In this document: positions 39,058 to 48,411 of the stretch, piece by piece
Position numbering within the stretch: the stretch's first letter is position 1
Layout of the letters: each line of letters begins with the position of its first letter
NCBI GenBank assembly: GCA_005882045.1
Contig: VBHO01000145.1
Location: forward strand, 38-64,037
Length of the DNA: 64,000 nucleotides
Direction: 5' to 3'
DNA from: Chloroflexota bacterium
GTDB lineage: Bacteria; Chloroflexota; Dormibacteria; CF-121
Notes under the pieces: generated by a model
The model's database searches: none
What the model saw: the letters and a program-made list of their open reading frames with translations, nothing else
Told to the model about the DNA's origin: nothing
Translations under genes and position numbers: made by a program

Positions 39058-40152
39058 ATGCAGGCACGCAGACTGTTGACGGTTGGGCTCGCGGTCGCGA
39101 CGGCCGTCGGCATCACCCTACCGGTGGCTGGCGTCAGCGCCGGGATCGCGCGAGGCTCATTCCGGGAGACCGACCTGGTTTCCAATATCCCGGGGAGGGC
39201 CCAGCAGCTCGATTCGAACCTGGTCAATCCCTGGGGCATTTCGGCGAGCAGCAGTAGCCCCATGTGGGTCTCCGATAACAATGCCGGCGTGGCGACGCTC
39301 TATGACGGGGCCGGCAATGCGTTCCCCACGCCAGCGAATGGTGGCCCGCTGGTGGTCAAGATCCCTCAGCCCGACGGCAGCGACGGGGGCACCCCAACCG
39401 GCACCGTATTCAACGGCGGCAGCGGGTTCAAGGGCGACCGCTTCCTGTTCGCCACTGAGGACGGAACGATCGCCGGCTGGAACCCTGCCGTCAACCGCAC
39501 GCGAGCCCGCATCGAGGTCGACCGGTCGACGGTGGGGCTGGGGGCGGTCTACAAAGGCCTGGCCATCGGCAACAACGGCGTGGCGGACCACATCTACACC
39601 AGCAACTTCCGCTTCGGCACGATTGAGGTCTTCGACAGCAGCTACACCATGGTCACGCTCAGCGGCTCGTTTAGCGATCCGGGCATCCCGGCCGGGTTCG
39701 CCCCCTTCAACATCCAGAATCTCGGTGGCGTGCTGTATGTGACCTATGCCATGCAGAAGCCGGACAAGCACGACGACCAGTCAGGTCCGGGCTTCGGCTT
39801 CGTCGATGCCTACGATCTCAACGGCCAGCTGCTCCGGAGAGTCGCGTCCGGTGGCGCGCTGAACTCGCCCTGGGGCCTGGCGATCGCGCCGGCCAGCTTC
39901 GGCAATTTCCATGACAACCTTCTGGTCGGCAATTTCGGCGACGGCCGCATCAACGCCTACAACCTGGCTACCGGAGCCTTTCGCGGGCAGCTCAAGAGCG
40001 AAACCAGCGCGCCCATCGAAATCCCGGGCCTCTGGGGCCTGCGGTTCGGCAACGGCGGCGTCGGCGCGAGCCCGAATACGCTCTACTTCACGGCCGGCAT
40101 CAACGACGAGCAGGATGGCCTGTTCGGCAGCATCGTCAGCGTCGATAACTAA
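39058..40152 (+). CDS. secreted beta-propeller-like protein (TIGR03118-like family, recalled)
   Basis: GGAGG SD, signal peptide, Gly/Asn/Asp-rich repeats typical of beta-propeller blades. Family assignment is from memory, not verified. Confidence 0.55.
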   Translation: MQARRLLTVGLAVATAVGITLPVAGVSAGIARGSFRETDLVSNIPGRAQQLDSNLVNPWGISASSSSPMWVSDNNAGVATLYDGAGNAFPTPANGGPLVVKIPQPDGSDGGTPTGTVFNGGSGFKGDRFLFATEDGTIAGWNPAVNRTRARIEVDRSTVGLGAVYKGLAIGNNGVADHIYTSNFRFGTIEVFDSSYTMVTLSGSFSDPGIPAGFAPFNIQNLGGVLYVTYAMQKPDKHDDQSGPGFGFVDAYDLNGQLLRRVASGGALNSPWGLAIAPASFGNFHDNLLVGNFGDGRINAYNLATGAFRGQLKSETSAPIEIPGLWGLRFGNGGVGASPNTLYFTAGINDEQDGLFGSIVSVDN

Positions 40153-40165
40153 CTGACGGTCAACG

Positions 40166-40184
40166 GCTGGGGCGGCCGCAGGGC
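40166..40184. terminator. bidirectional hairpin between convergent genes
   Basis: ggcggcc gcag ggccgcc, a 7-bp GC stem, in the 36-bp gap between the TIGR03118-like gene and the CoA-transferase gene. Confidence 0.4.
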
Positions 40185-40188
40185 CGCC

Positions 40189-41094
40189 TCAGCTGGTCTC
40201 CTCGAGCGAGAAGACCGGCTCGACGCAGACGTCCCGATCGCCGAAGCGGGCCGCCCATTCGGCTCGGCTGGCCCCGCCCAGCGTCGCCTGGACCGCCTCG
40301 ATCGCAGCCGGATCGAACTGGCGGCCGGTCAAGTCGTCTCGATCGATCGCATGGCAGAACTCCGCCCAGAATGCGGACTCGAGTGCCGCCACCGTCAGGA
40401 AGCCGTCGGCCACCGAATAGACGTGATAACAGGGCAATTCTCCGGTCAGGCTCACGCCGATGAGTCCAGCGCGCTGCACCGCTCGCGGTAAGGCTGTCCA
40501 GCTTCGCATCAAGTCAGCCATCGATACCTCGACGCGTCGGCCACGCCCGGTCTGCGCACGACCCGCCAGCGCCGCGGCGATCAGGAACGCCGCTTGCAGC
40601 CCGCCGGCGAGGTCGGCGACCAGGATGCCGGGGATGGCCGGGACGCGGTCGTGGCGCGGCATCAGCGAGAGCGCCCCGCTCCGGGCCAGATAGTTGAGGT
40701 CATGACCGGCGCGCCGTGCCATGGCGCCGCTCGACCCGTAGCCGGTGATCGCGCAATAGACCAGCGCTGGATTGATCGCCGCCAGCGTGGCGTAGCCGAG
40801 ATCCATCCGCTCCATTCTTCCCGGGCGAAAGCCCTCGACCAGGACATCGGCGTCGAGCACCAGCCCTAAAAACGCCTGCCGGCCGGACGGCGAGTGCAGG
40901 TCGAGCGTAAGCAACTGCTTGCCCTGGTGCAGCACCTCGAAGTACGCCGCTCCGCCCGGCAGGGAACGGATCGGGTCGCCCGCGAGCGATTCGACTTTGG
41001 TCACGGTCGCGCCCTGCGCCTGGAGCAACTGGGTGCAGTAGCCGCCCGGCAGCAGCCGCGACAGATCCAAAACCCGCACGCCATCGAGCGACAT
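40189..41094 (-). CDS. CoA transferase, family III (CaiB/BaiF-like), short form
   Basis: N-terminal LDGVRVLDLSRLLPGGYCTQLLQAQGATV Rossmann block and catalytic Asp region. At 301 aa it is ~80-100 aa shorter than typical members, so possibly truncated. Confidence 0.7.
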   Translation of the reverse strand: MSLDGVRVLDLSRLLPGGYCTQLLQAQGATVTKVESLAGDPIRSLPGGAAYFEVLHQGKQLLTLDLHSPSGRQAFLGLVLDADVLVEGFRPGRMERMDLGYATLAAINPALVYCAITGYGSSGAMARRAGHDLNYLARSGALSLMPRHDRVPAIPGILVADLAGGLQAAFLIAAALAGRAQTGRGRRVEVSMADLMRSWTALPRAVQRAGLIGVSLTGELPCYHVYSVADGFLTVAALESAFWAEFCHAIDRDDLTGRQFDPAAIEAVQATLGGASRAEWAARFGDRDVCVEPVFSLEETS

Positions 41095-41113
41095 CGCCTG
41101 CTAGGTTACTAAC

Positions 41114-42859
41114 GTGCGAAATGCCGAGGTCGCCGCGATGCTCAACCGGGTCGCCGACCTGCTCGAGATCAGGGGTGAGAACTTCTTCAAGATCCGCGCC
41201 TACCGCGAAGCCGTTCGGCAGCTCGACAACCTCACGACCGAGGTCGAGGAACTGATCCACGATGGGCGGTTGAAGGACATCCCTGGCATCGGCGAGGCGA
41301 TCGAGAAGAAGATCGTGGAGTACGTCACCACCGGGCAACTCGAATTCCTGACGAGGTTGGAGGCCGAGGTGCCGCCGGCGCTGCTCGAGTTGACACGCGT
41401 CCCCGGGCTCGGGCCGCGCACCGCGAAGGACATCTATGACGCGCTCGGCATCCTCAGCCTGGACGACCTGGAGCAGGCCGCGCAGACGCACCGGCTGCTC
41501 GAGGTCCGCGGCATCAAGGCGAAGACCGAAGAGAACATCCTCAAGGGGATCGCCATGCTCAAGCGCACCGAGGGCAGCATTTATTTCCCCGAGGCCTGGA
41601 TCCTCGCCGATTCACTCCTGGCGACGTTGCGGTCGCAGGCCGGGGTCGTTCGGGCCGAGATCGCCGGGAGCGTGCGGCGTGCCAGCGAAACCATCGGCGA
41701 CCTCGACCTCCTGGTGGCGAGCGACGATCCCGACGCGATGTGCCGCGAATTCGCACGCCTGCCGCAGGTGAGCGAGGTGATCGGGCAGGGCGGCACCAAG
41801 ACCAGTGTCCGGGTGCGCTCCGGCATGCAGGTCGACCTGCGGGCGGTCAAGCCGGACAGCTTCGGCGCCGCCTGGCAGTACTTCACCGGATCGCAGGCGC
41901 ACAACGTCCAGTTGCGGGGCCGAGCTCTTCAGATGGGCAAGCTCAAGATCAACGAGTACGGCGTCTTCAAGGAAGACGGCACCCGGATCGCGGGCGAGAC
42001 CGAGGAGTCGGTGTATGCCGCGGTCGGCTGCGCCTGGATCCCGCCCGAGCTGCGCGAGGGATGGGGCGAGATCGAGCTCGCGGCCAGGGGCCCGTTGCCC
42101 GCCCTGGTCCAGGACCAGGACCTGCGCGGCGACCTGCACACCCACAGCAACTGGAGCGACGGACGCAACGAGATCGCGGTGATGGCCCGCGCCGCGGCCG
42201 AGCGCGGCTATCGGTACATCGCGTTGACCGATCACACCCAGTCGCTGACGATCGCCCAGGGCTTGACGCCGGAGCGCTTTCGCGCCCGCGCCGTCGAGAT
42301 CGCGGCCGTCAATGCGCAGCCGGGCATGGCGCGGGTCTTGAGCGGCGCCGAGGTCGACATCCTTCCGGACGGCAGCCTCGACCTTCCCGACGATTGCCTC
42401 GCCTCCCTCGACGTGGTGGTGGCTTCCGTCCATACCGCGCTGGACCAGCCCAAAGATGTCATCACACAACGGGTGCTGCGCGCGCTACGATCGCCCCACG
42501 TGGACGTCCTCGCCCATCCTACGTCGCGACGGCTTGACCGCCGCGGCGAAACCCGCGTCGACGTGGAGGCGGTGATTGCCGAAGCGGTCAAGACCGGGAC
42601 CGCCCTGGAAATCAACAGCAGTCCGTTCCGCCTCGATCTCAACGACAGCTGGGCTCGCAAAGCCCGGGAGGCCGGCGCGCTGCTGGCGATCGACAACGAC
42701 GCCCACTACCCCGCCGAGTACGACTACGTCCGCTACGGCGGCGCCATCGGGCGCCGGGCGGGGCTGACGCCGGATCGAGTGCTCAACACCCGAGATGCGG
42801 ACGGCGTTCTCGCCCATTGCCGGGAAAAAGCAGCAAAAGGCGTGGCGAATCTCCGTTGA
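41114..42859 (+). CDS. polX: DNA polymerase/3'-5' exonuclease PolX (Pol-beta-like core plus PHP domain)
   Basis: GTG start. HhH motifs (GIGEAIEKKIVEY; VPGLGPRTAKDIYD), nucleotidyltransferase DxD (GDLDLL), C-terminal PHP His/Asp motifs (LHTHSNWSDG, ALTDH). Confidence 0.85.
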   Translation: MRNAEVAAMLNRVADLLEIRGENFFKIRAYREAVRQLDNLTTEVEELIHDGRLKDIPGIGEAIEKKIVEYVTTGQLEFLTRLEAEVPPALLELTRVPGLGPRTAKDIYDALGILSLDDLEQAAQTHRLLEVRGIKAKTEENILKGIAMLKRTEGSIYFPEAWILADSLLATLRSQAGVVRAEIAGSVRRASETIGDLDLLVASDDPDAMCREFARLPQVSEVIGQGGTKTSVRVRSGMQVDLRAVKPDSFGAAWQYFTGSQAHNVQLRGRALQMGKLKINEYGVFKEDGTRIAGETEESVYAAVGCAWIPPELREGWGEIELAARGPLPALVQDQDLRGDLHTHSNWSDGRNEIAVMARAAAERGYRYIALTDHTQSLTIAQGLTPERFRARAVEIAAVNAQPGMARVLSGAEVDILPDGSLDLPDDCLASLDVVVASVHTALDQPKDVITQRVLRALRSPHVDVLAHPTSRRLDRRGETRVDVEAVIAEAVKTGTALEINSSPFRLDLNDSWARKAREAGALLAIDNDAHYPAEYDYVRYGGAIGRRAGLTPDRVLNTRDADGVLAHCREKAAKGVANLR

Positions 42860-42904
42860 ATACAGTAACGGCGGTGTAATCAAGAGCAAAAGGAGTTTCG
42901 GCTG

Positions 42905-43423
42905 ATGCTTCAGGAGCTCGTGATCAAAGTGCCGGCTCCCTTCATGGGTCGGGCCGACGTCGGTTTCTCCACGCGCTATCCCGCCCAGCCGGCCCAGGCG
43001 CCGCTCAAGGACGTCCCCTTCTTCATCGAGGGGCCGTCCGGCCCGATGCGCCGGCTGCAGTCCCGGCTGGAGCTCTTCCGCCAGAAGCGGACCTTGATTC
43101 CTGACGCCCCCGGCGAGGCCTACAGCTGGACCGACCTCATCCCGCTCAACGACGAGCTCTTCATCCTCGCCTTCCGCGACGAGAGCCTGACGGATGCGCC
43201 GGATGACGGGGATTCGGAGTACCGGTACATCGTCAACCTGGTGCGGCCGCTGGTCTTCCCCTTCCTCAAGGACTGCGTGCGGATCGGCGAGCTCGCCCTC
43301 CGCGACAACATCGTGCTGGCTGTCCTCGACAACAGCCGCGTCATGGCCGAGCTCGAACTGCGCCGCACGCAAATCGTGCCGCGGAACGGCTCGATCGTCC
43401 TGGGCGACGTGGACGCCGGCTGA
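42905..43423 (+). CDS. conserved hypothetical protein downstream of polX (172 aa)
   Basis: AAAGGAG SD 9 nt upstream. Coding-like codon usage. No recognisable motif. Confidence 0.5.
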   Translation: MLQELVIKVPAPFMGRADVGFSTRYPAQPAQAPLKDVPFFIEGPSGPMRRLQSRLELFRQKRTLIPDAPGEAYSWTDLIPLNDELFILAFRDESLTDAPDDGDSEYRYIVNLVRPLVFPFLKDCVRIGELALRDNIVLAVLDNSRVMAELELRRTQIVPRNGSIVLGDVDAG

Positions 43424-43433
43424 CGCCGGCGGC
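43415..43433. terminator. bidirectional hairpin at convergent gene ends
   Basis: cgccggc tgac gccggcg overlapping the TGA stop of the 172-aa gene. Confidence 0.4.
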
Positions 43434-43438
43434 CTAGG

Positions 43439-43774
43439 CTAGGGCGAGCTCGACGCCTTCGCGCTGCCGCTCGGCGACGCTGACGGCGTCGCGGTGGCGG
43501 TTGGCGATGGGCATGGACTGGCCGAGGCGCTGGTCACGGCGGTCGCCGAGGGCGACACCGATCCGGAGGGCGACGGCGTTGGGGTCGGCGACGGCGTCGG
43601 GCTCGCCGTGGGCGTCGCCGTGGTGGACGGCGTCGCGGTCGCCGCCGGCACGCAGAAGCTCGGAGCGGGCGTCGGCGCCAGCAACGTCAGGTTGGTCGGC
43701 GAGCTGGCCTTGCCGCCGCCCTCGAGCAGCAGCGCCGCCGGCACCACCAGCAGGCCAATGATGACCGTGACCAC
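43439..43774 (-). CDS. hypothetical Pro/Thr/Ser-rich membrane-anchored protein
   Basis: N-terminal hydrophobic anchor MVTVIIGLLVVPAALLL, then a low-complexity PT/S-rich region. Same strand as galU and the 95-aa ORF, which argues for the minus frame over the overlapping plus-strand GDGVG-repeat frame. Confidence 0.35.
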   Translation of the reverse strand: MVTVIIGLLVVPAALLLEGGGKASSPTNLTLLAPTPAPSFCVPAATATPSTTATPTASPTPSPTPTPSPSGSVSPSATAVTSASASPCPSPTATATPSASPSGSAKASSSP

Positions 43775-43827
43775 GAAGGCAAGCGCCCCCCATTCCTGGA
43801 GCCAGAAGGCCCGCGACGAGTTACGGA

Positions 43828-44115
43828 TCAGGGCTCTTCGTCCGGCTCCGGTTGAGGCTTGTTGCGCGTGTTAAGGATGCGCACGAAGTCTTGCGCCCGC
43901 GCCAGCGCCTTCCAGCGCTCGGGGAAAAAGTCCTGCGCCACCACCTGCTTCGAGGGCAGCTGAAAGACGGTGACGCACCACTTGTTCAAGGTGTGCGACA
44001 CCTCGACCTCGAAGTCGCCCTCGGTATTTAGGTACCGAACGACCCGGTCCTCGTCGGATCTGCGTCTCCCTGAAACTGCCATGTCTGGACCCAAATGCGG
44101 CGTCACTAAAGCCAT
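43828..44115 (-). CDS. hypothetical protein (95 aa)
   Basis: ORF immediately downstream of galU on the same strand, 44-bp gap. No known motif. Confidence 0.35.
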   Translation of the reverse strand: MALVTPHLGPDMAVSGRRRSDEDRVVRYLNTEGDFEVEVSHTLNKWCVTVFQLPSKQVVAQDFFPERWKALARAQDFVRILNTRNKPQPEPDEEP

Positions 44116-44159
44116 TCAACGGACCCCTCATTATAGGCTCGAAAACGGCCCCGCGACAG

Positions 44160-45038
44160 TCAGGCGGGCTCGCGGCCGTCCAGGCTTGCCAGGTAGCTGA
44201 GCAGCTCCTCACGCAGCCCGGGCCGCTCCAGGGCGAACGCGATCGAGGTCTTGAGGAAGCCGCTGACAGTGCCCACGTCGTAGTAGGTGCCCTCGAATTC
44301 GAGCCCGAGGACCTGTTCCTGCTGGGCCATGGTTCGGATCGCGTCGGTCAGCTGGATCTCGCCGCCAACCCCCTCGTGGGTGGTCTCGATGATCCCGAAG
44401 ATCGAGGGCTTGAGGATGTAGCGCCCCAGGATAGCGAGGTTGGAGGGCGCCTTCTCGGGGTCCGGTTTTTCCACCATGTCGACGACCTCGTGGATCCGGC
44501 CCTCGCTCTTCCCCACCTTGACGATTCCGTAGCGGGAGACCTGGTCGGGCTCGACGCGCTGCAGGGCCAGGACCGATGCCTGGCGCGGCGCGAACACGTC
44601 CATCATCTGCTTGATCGCCGGCGTGTGCGATCGAATGATGTCGTCGGCCAAGAAGACGGCAAAGGGCTCGTTGCCCACCACATCCTTGGCCATCAGCACG
44701 GCGTGGCCGAGGCCGAGGGGTTCCTTCTGGTGGATGTAGGTGATGTCGACCAGGTCAGAGATCTTGCGAACAAGCTGGAGCTCGCGTGTCTTGCCGCGAT
44801 CCTTCAGGTAGTGCTCGAGCTCGAAGGAGATGTCGAAGTGGTCGACGATGGCCCGCTTGTCCCGGCCGGTGACGACGATGATCTGGTCGATGCCCGCGGC
44901 GACGGCTTCCTCGACGCCGTACTGGATGATCGGCTTGTCAACGATCGGCAGCATCTCCTTCGGCTGCGCCTTGGTCGCCGGCAAGAAGCGCGTGCCGAGC
45001 CCGGCGGCCGGGAAGACAGCTTTGCGAATTGGGGTCAC
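44160..45038 (-). CDS. galU: UTP--glucose-1-phosphate uridylyltransferase
   Basis: AVFPAAGLGTRFLPATKAQPKEMLPIVDKP nucleotidyltransferase signature, 292 aa. Confidence 0.9.
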   Translation of the reverse strand: MTPIRKAVFPAAGLGTRFLPATKAQPKEMLPIVDKPIIQYGVEEAVAAGIDQIIVVTGRDKRAIVDHFDISFELEHYLKDRGKTRELQLVRKISDLVDITYIHQKEPLGLGHAVLMAKDVVGNEPFAVFLADDIIRSHTPAIKQMMDVFAPRQASVLALQRVEPDQVSRYGIVKVGKSEGRIHEVVDMVEKPDPEKAPSNLAILGRYILKPSIFGIIETTHEGVGGEIQLTDAIRTMAQQEQVLGLEFEGTYYDVGTVSGFLKTSIAFALERPGLREELLSYLASLDGREPA

Positions 45039-45047
45039 GACCTAACT

Positions 45048-45215
45048 CTACCGCTTGGGCTTCTTCGACTTCTTGCTCGCCGCCTGATCGCGCAGCGCGA
45101 TCTGGATCCGCTTCACGCCCGCGTTGTCGACCACCATCTTCGGTGGCCGCGCCTTACGCTCGCGCGCCCGGAGGCGGGCGGCTTCCTTGGGCGAAAGGTC
45201 GTCTTCCCCGCTCAC
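45048..45215 (-). CDS. small basic protein (55 aa), hypothetical
   Basis: GTG start forms a GTGA overlap with the stop of the deacetylase gene. Sequence MSGEDDLSPKEAARLRARERKARPPKMVVDNAGVKRIQIALRDQAASKKSKKPKR. Confidence 0.35.
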   Translation of the reverse strand: MSGEDDLSPKEAARLRARERKARPPKMVVDNAGVKRIQIALRDQAASKKSKKPKR

Positions 45216-46183
45216 AACCCGACCGCCAGGTCCGCCGCGGTCGGGGGCGGCCCGCCCAGGAGATGGGCAAAGGAGGCGAGCGGAAGACCGCCGCCAACTC
45301 GCACGCGCGACAGCTCGAACAGCTGGGCGGCGGCATGCCACGTCCCGGACAGGGTCGAGACCGCGGTCTCGAAGCCAAGGCTCTTCGCCTGCGCCATGTC
45401 GTAACCGTTGAAGCTGCCGTAGGGGTAGGCGAAGTCGAGCACGGGGTGGCCCAGCAGCGCCTCCAGCGTCAGCTTGCTTTGCTTCATCTCCCAGCTGGCG
45501 CGGGCGGGCGCCTGCGCCGCCAGGGCGACGTGGTCAACGGTATGCGCACCGATCGTGAATCCCATCCCATCGGCGGCGACGATCTGGCTCGGCGTCATGT
45601 ATCCACCCCATCCCATGCGCCCGCTGATCACAAAGCTGGTGGCGGTGAAGCCGTGGCTTTGCAGGATCGGAATCGCGGTGGCGAAGAAGTCCGTGTAGCC
45701 ATCATCGAAGGTCAGGACCACGGGCCGCGAGGGGAGCGCGCTGTGGTGTTGAATCGCAACCACGGCCTGGTGGAGCGGGATCACATGGAAGCCGTGGTCG
45801 GCCAGGTACTGCATCTGGGCGCGGAACGCCGCCGGCGGGGTGGACAGGCCGAACCCGACGAGGTCGCGCGGATTTGGATTGACGCGGATGTAGTGGTAAT
45901 AGAGGACGGGTACATAGGTCACCGGCCCGGCCGGGATCGAAGCTTTCCTTACGGTCAGCACGCCGAGCAGCAGCGGCGCCGCCGGGACGGTCGCCGGCCG
46001 CGCGGAGTGGGCGACGAGGAAGCCATCGGGATCGTCATTGTCGTCCCCCGCGGCGGTCGCCACGATCGCGATCGGCGGCAGCGGTGCCTGGCGTGCGATG
46101 CCCGTGCCCGGCAGTACCGCCCCGATCAGGAAGAGCAGCAGCAAGAGGCCTCCCCGCGCGGCGCTACTCGTCCACCGTCCCAT
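45212..46183 (-). CDS. polysaccharide deacetylase (CE4 / NodB homology domain), secreted
   Basis: Start set at the internal ATG giving MGRWTSSAARGGLLLLLFLIGAV (signal peptide). NodB motifs TFDDGY and AHTVDHVAL. Confidence 0.75.
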   Translation of the reverse strand: MGRWTSSAARGGLLLLLFLIGAVLPGTGIARQAPLPPIAIVATAAGDDNDDPDGFLVAHSARPATVPAAPLLLGVLTVRKASIPAGPVTYVPVLYYHYIRVNPNPRDLVGFGLSTPPAAFRAQMQYLADHGFHVIPLHQAVVAIQHHSALPSRPVVLTFDDGYTDFFATAIPILQSHGFTATSFVISGRMGWGGYMTPSQIVAADGMGFTIGAHTVDHVALAAQAPARASWEMKQSKLTLEALLGHPVLDFAYPYGSFNGYDMAQAKSLGFETAVSTLSGTWHAAAQLFELSRVRVGGGLPLASFAHLLGGPPPTAADLAVGL

Positions 46184-46224
46184 GGCTGCCAATGTAACGG
46201 TGGATTTCGCCGGGGGTTTCGCGA

Positions 46225-46617
46225 CTAGCGGAGGGACGCGATCGCCGGCTTGACGGCGCCCCGCTGGCGCCACACCTTAAGGCCCACGAAGCCGAGTAAA
46301 ACCAGGGCGGCTCCACCCATGACCGGCGTCCACCTGGGATCGAGATTCCCGAGCCGACGATTCATCTCCGCCTCCAGGCGAACCCAGCCGGTGGGCTCCT
46401 GGCTGGCCGGAATCCGCAGCGCCCGGATCAACCGCCGCTGCAACCGGTCGCGGCGCGCCGCGGCCAGGGTCACGCGAGGAAAGCTGTCGTTGAGGTAAGA
46501 GATCAGGGCGAGTGACGCCGACTGGGCACCAGGCGCACCATCGCCAGCGGTCTGAGCAAAGACCACCCGGTCGATCGCACGAGCCAGGGCGTCGACGTCG
46601 TCTGGCCGGGCATTCAT
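46225..46617 (-). CDS. putative anti-sigma factor / sigma-associated membrane protein
   Basis: ATGA overlap with the ECF sigma gene; 130 aa with a single C-terminal TM helix (GGAALVLLGFVGLKVW). Confidence 0.5.
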   Translation of the reverse strand: MNARPDDVDALARAIDRVVFAQTAGDGAPGAQSASLALISYLNDSFPRVTLAAARRDRLQRRLIRALRIPASQEPTGWVRLEAEMNRRLGNLDPRWTPVMGGAALVLLGFVGLKVWRQRGAVKPAIASLR

Positions 46618-47174
46618 CGCCGCTTCTCCTGTTCGCTCAGGCGACGGCGCAGGCCGTGGACGGCACGAAAGAGCAAGAGCTTGACGGCACCTTCGCTTCG
46701 GTTCAGGATCACGCCGATCTCCTTATTCTTGAGGCGGCCCTCGAACTTGAGCAGGACGGCCTCTCGCTGGTCGAGCGGCAGCTTCTGCACCGCACGGTGG
46801 AGCTCATCGCCCTGCTCCCGGCGCAACCAGAGTCGCTCCGGATCGTTCTCGCCGCTGCCCGCGATCGGGTCGGGCAGCTCGATCCAGGGCGGCCGGCGGC
46901 GCCGCTTCGACATCAAATTTGAGGCGACTTTGTAGAGCCATGCTGAATATGGGATTCCTCGCCATTCAAAATCGTCGAGACCCTCCAGCGCGCGCTGGAA
47001 CGTCTCGCTCGCCAGGTCTTCCGCCTCCTCGCGCCGGCCGGAGTGGTAGTAGCAATACGAGTAGATCCGATCGAAGTAGCGGTCGTAGAGCGCGGCAAAC
47101 GCCTTCCGGTCCCGCTTGGCGGCTTCGATCAAGCGCGCCTCGTCTTGCAGCTCCGCTGCCGAACGCTGGGTCAC
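46614..47174 (-). CDS. RNA polymerase sigma factor, ECF subfamily
   Basis: Region 2 (YDRYFDRIYSYCYYHSGRREEAEDLASETF) and region 4 HTH (EAVLLKFEGRLKNKEIGVILNRSEGAVKLLLFRAVHGLR). Confidence 0.85.
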   Translation of the reverse strand: MTQRSAAELQDEARLIEAAKRDRKAFAALYDRYFDRIYSYCYYHSGRREEAEDLASETFQRALEGLDDFEWRGIPYSAWLYKVASNLMSKRRRRPPWIELPDPIAGSGENDPERLWLRREQGDELHRAVQKLPLDQREAVLLKFEGRLKNKEIGVILNRSEGAVKLLLFRAVHGLRRRLSEQEKRR

Positions 47175-47214
47175 GCGGTTGACCTACCCATATATGTGCC
47201 TTCGGTGGTGAAGG

Positions 47215-48402
<1,188 letters not shown>

Positions 48403-48411
48403 GTGATCCTC

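Noticed and set aside
40189-41094. CoA-transferase as pseudogene
   Set aside because: Shorter than typical family III members (301 aa) but with intact N- and C-terminal conserved blocks and no frameshift. I kept it as a CDS, with a truncation caveat.
43494-43874. Plus-strand 126-aa ORF with GDGVG repeats
   Set aside because: It overlaps the minus-strand PT-rich ORF in the same low-complexity repeat. The minus strand was preferred because of operon context with galU, but neither is certain.
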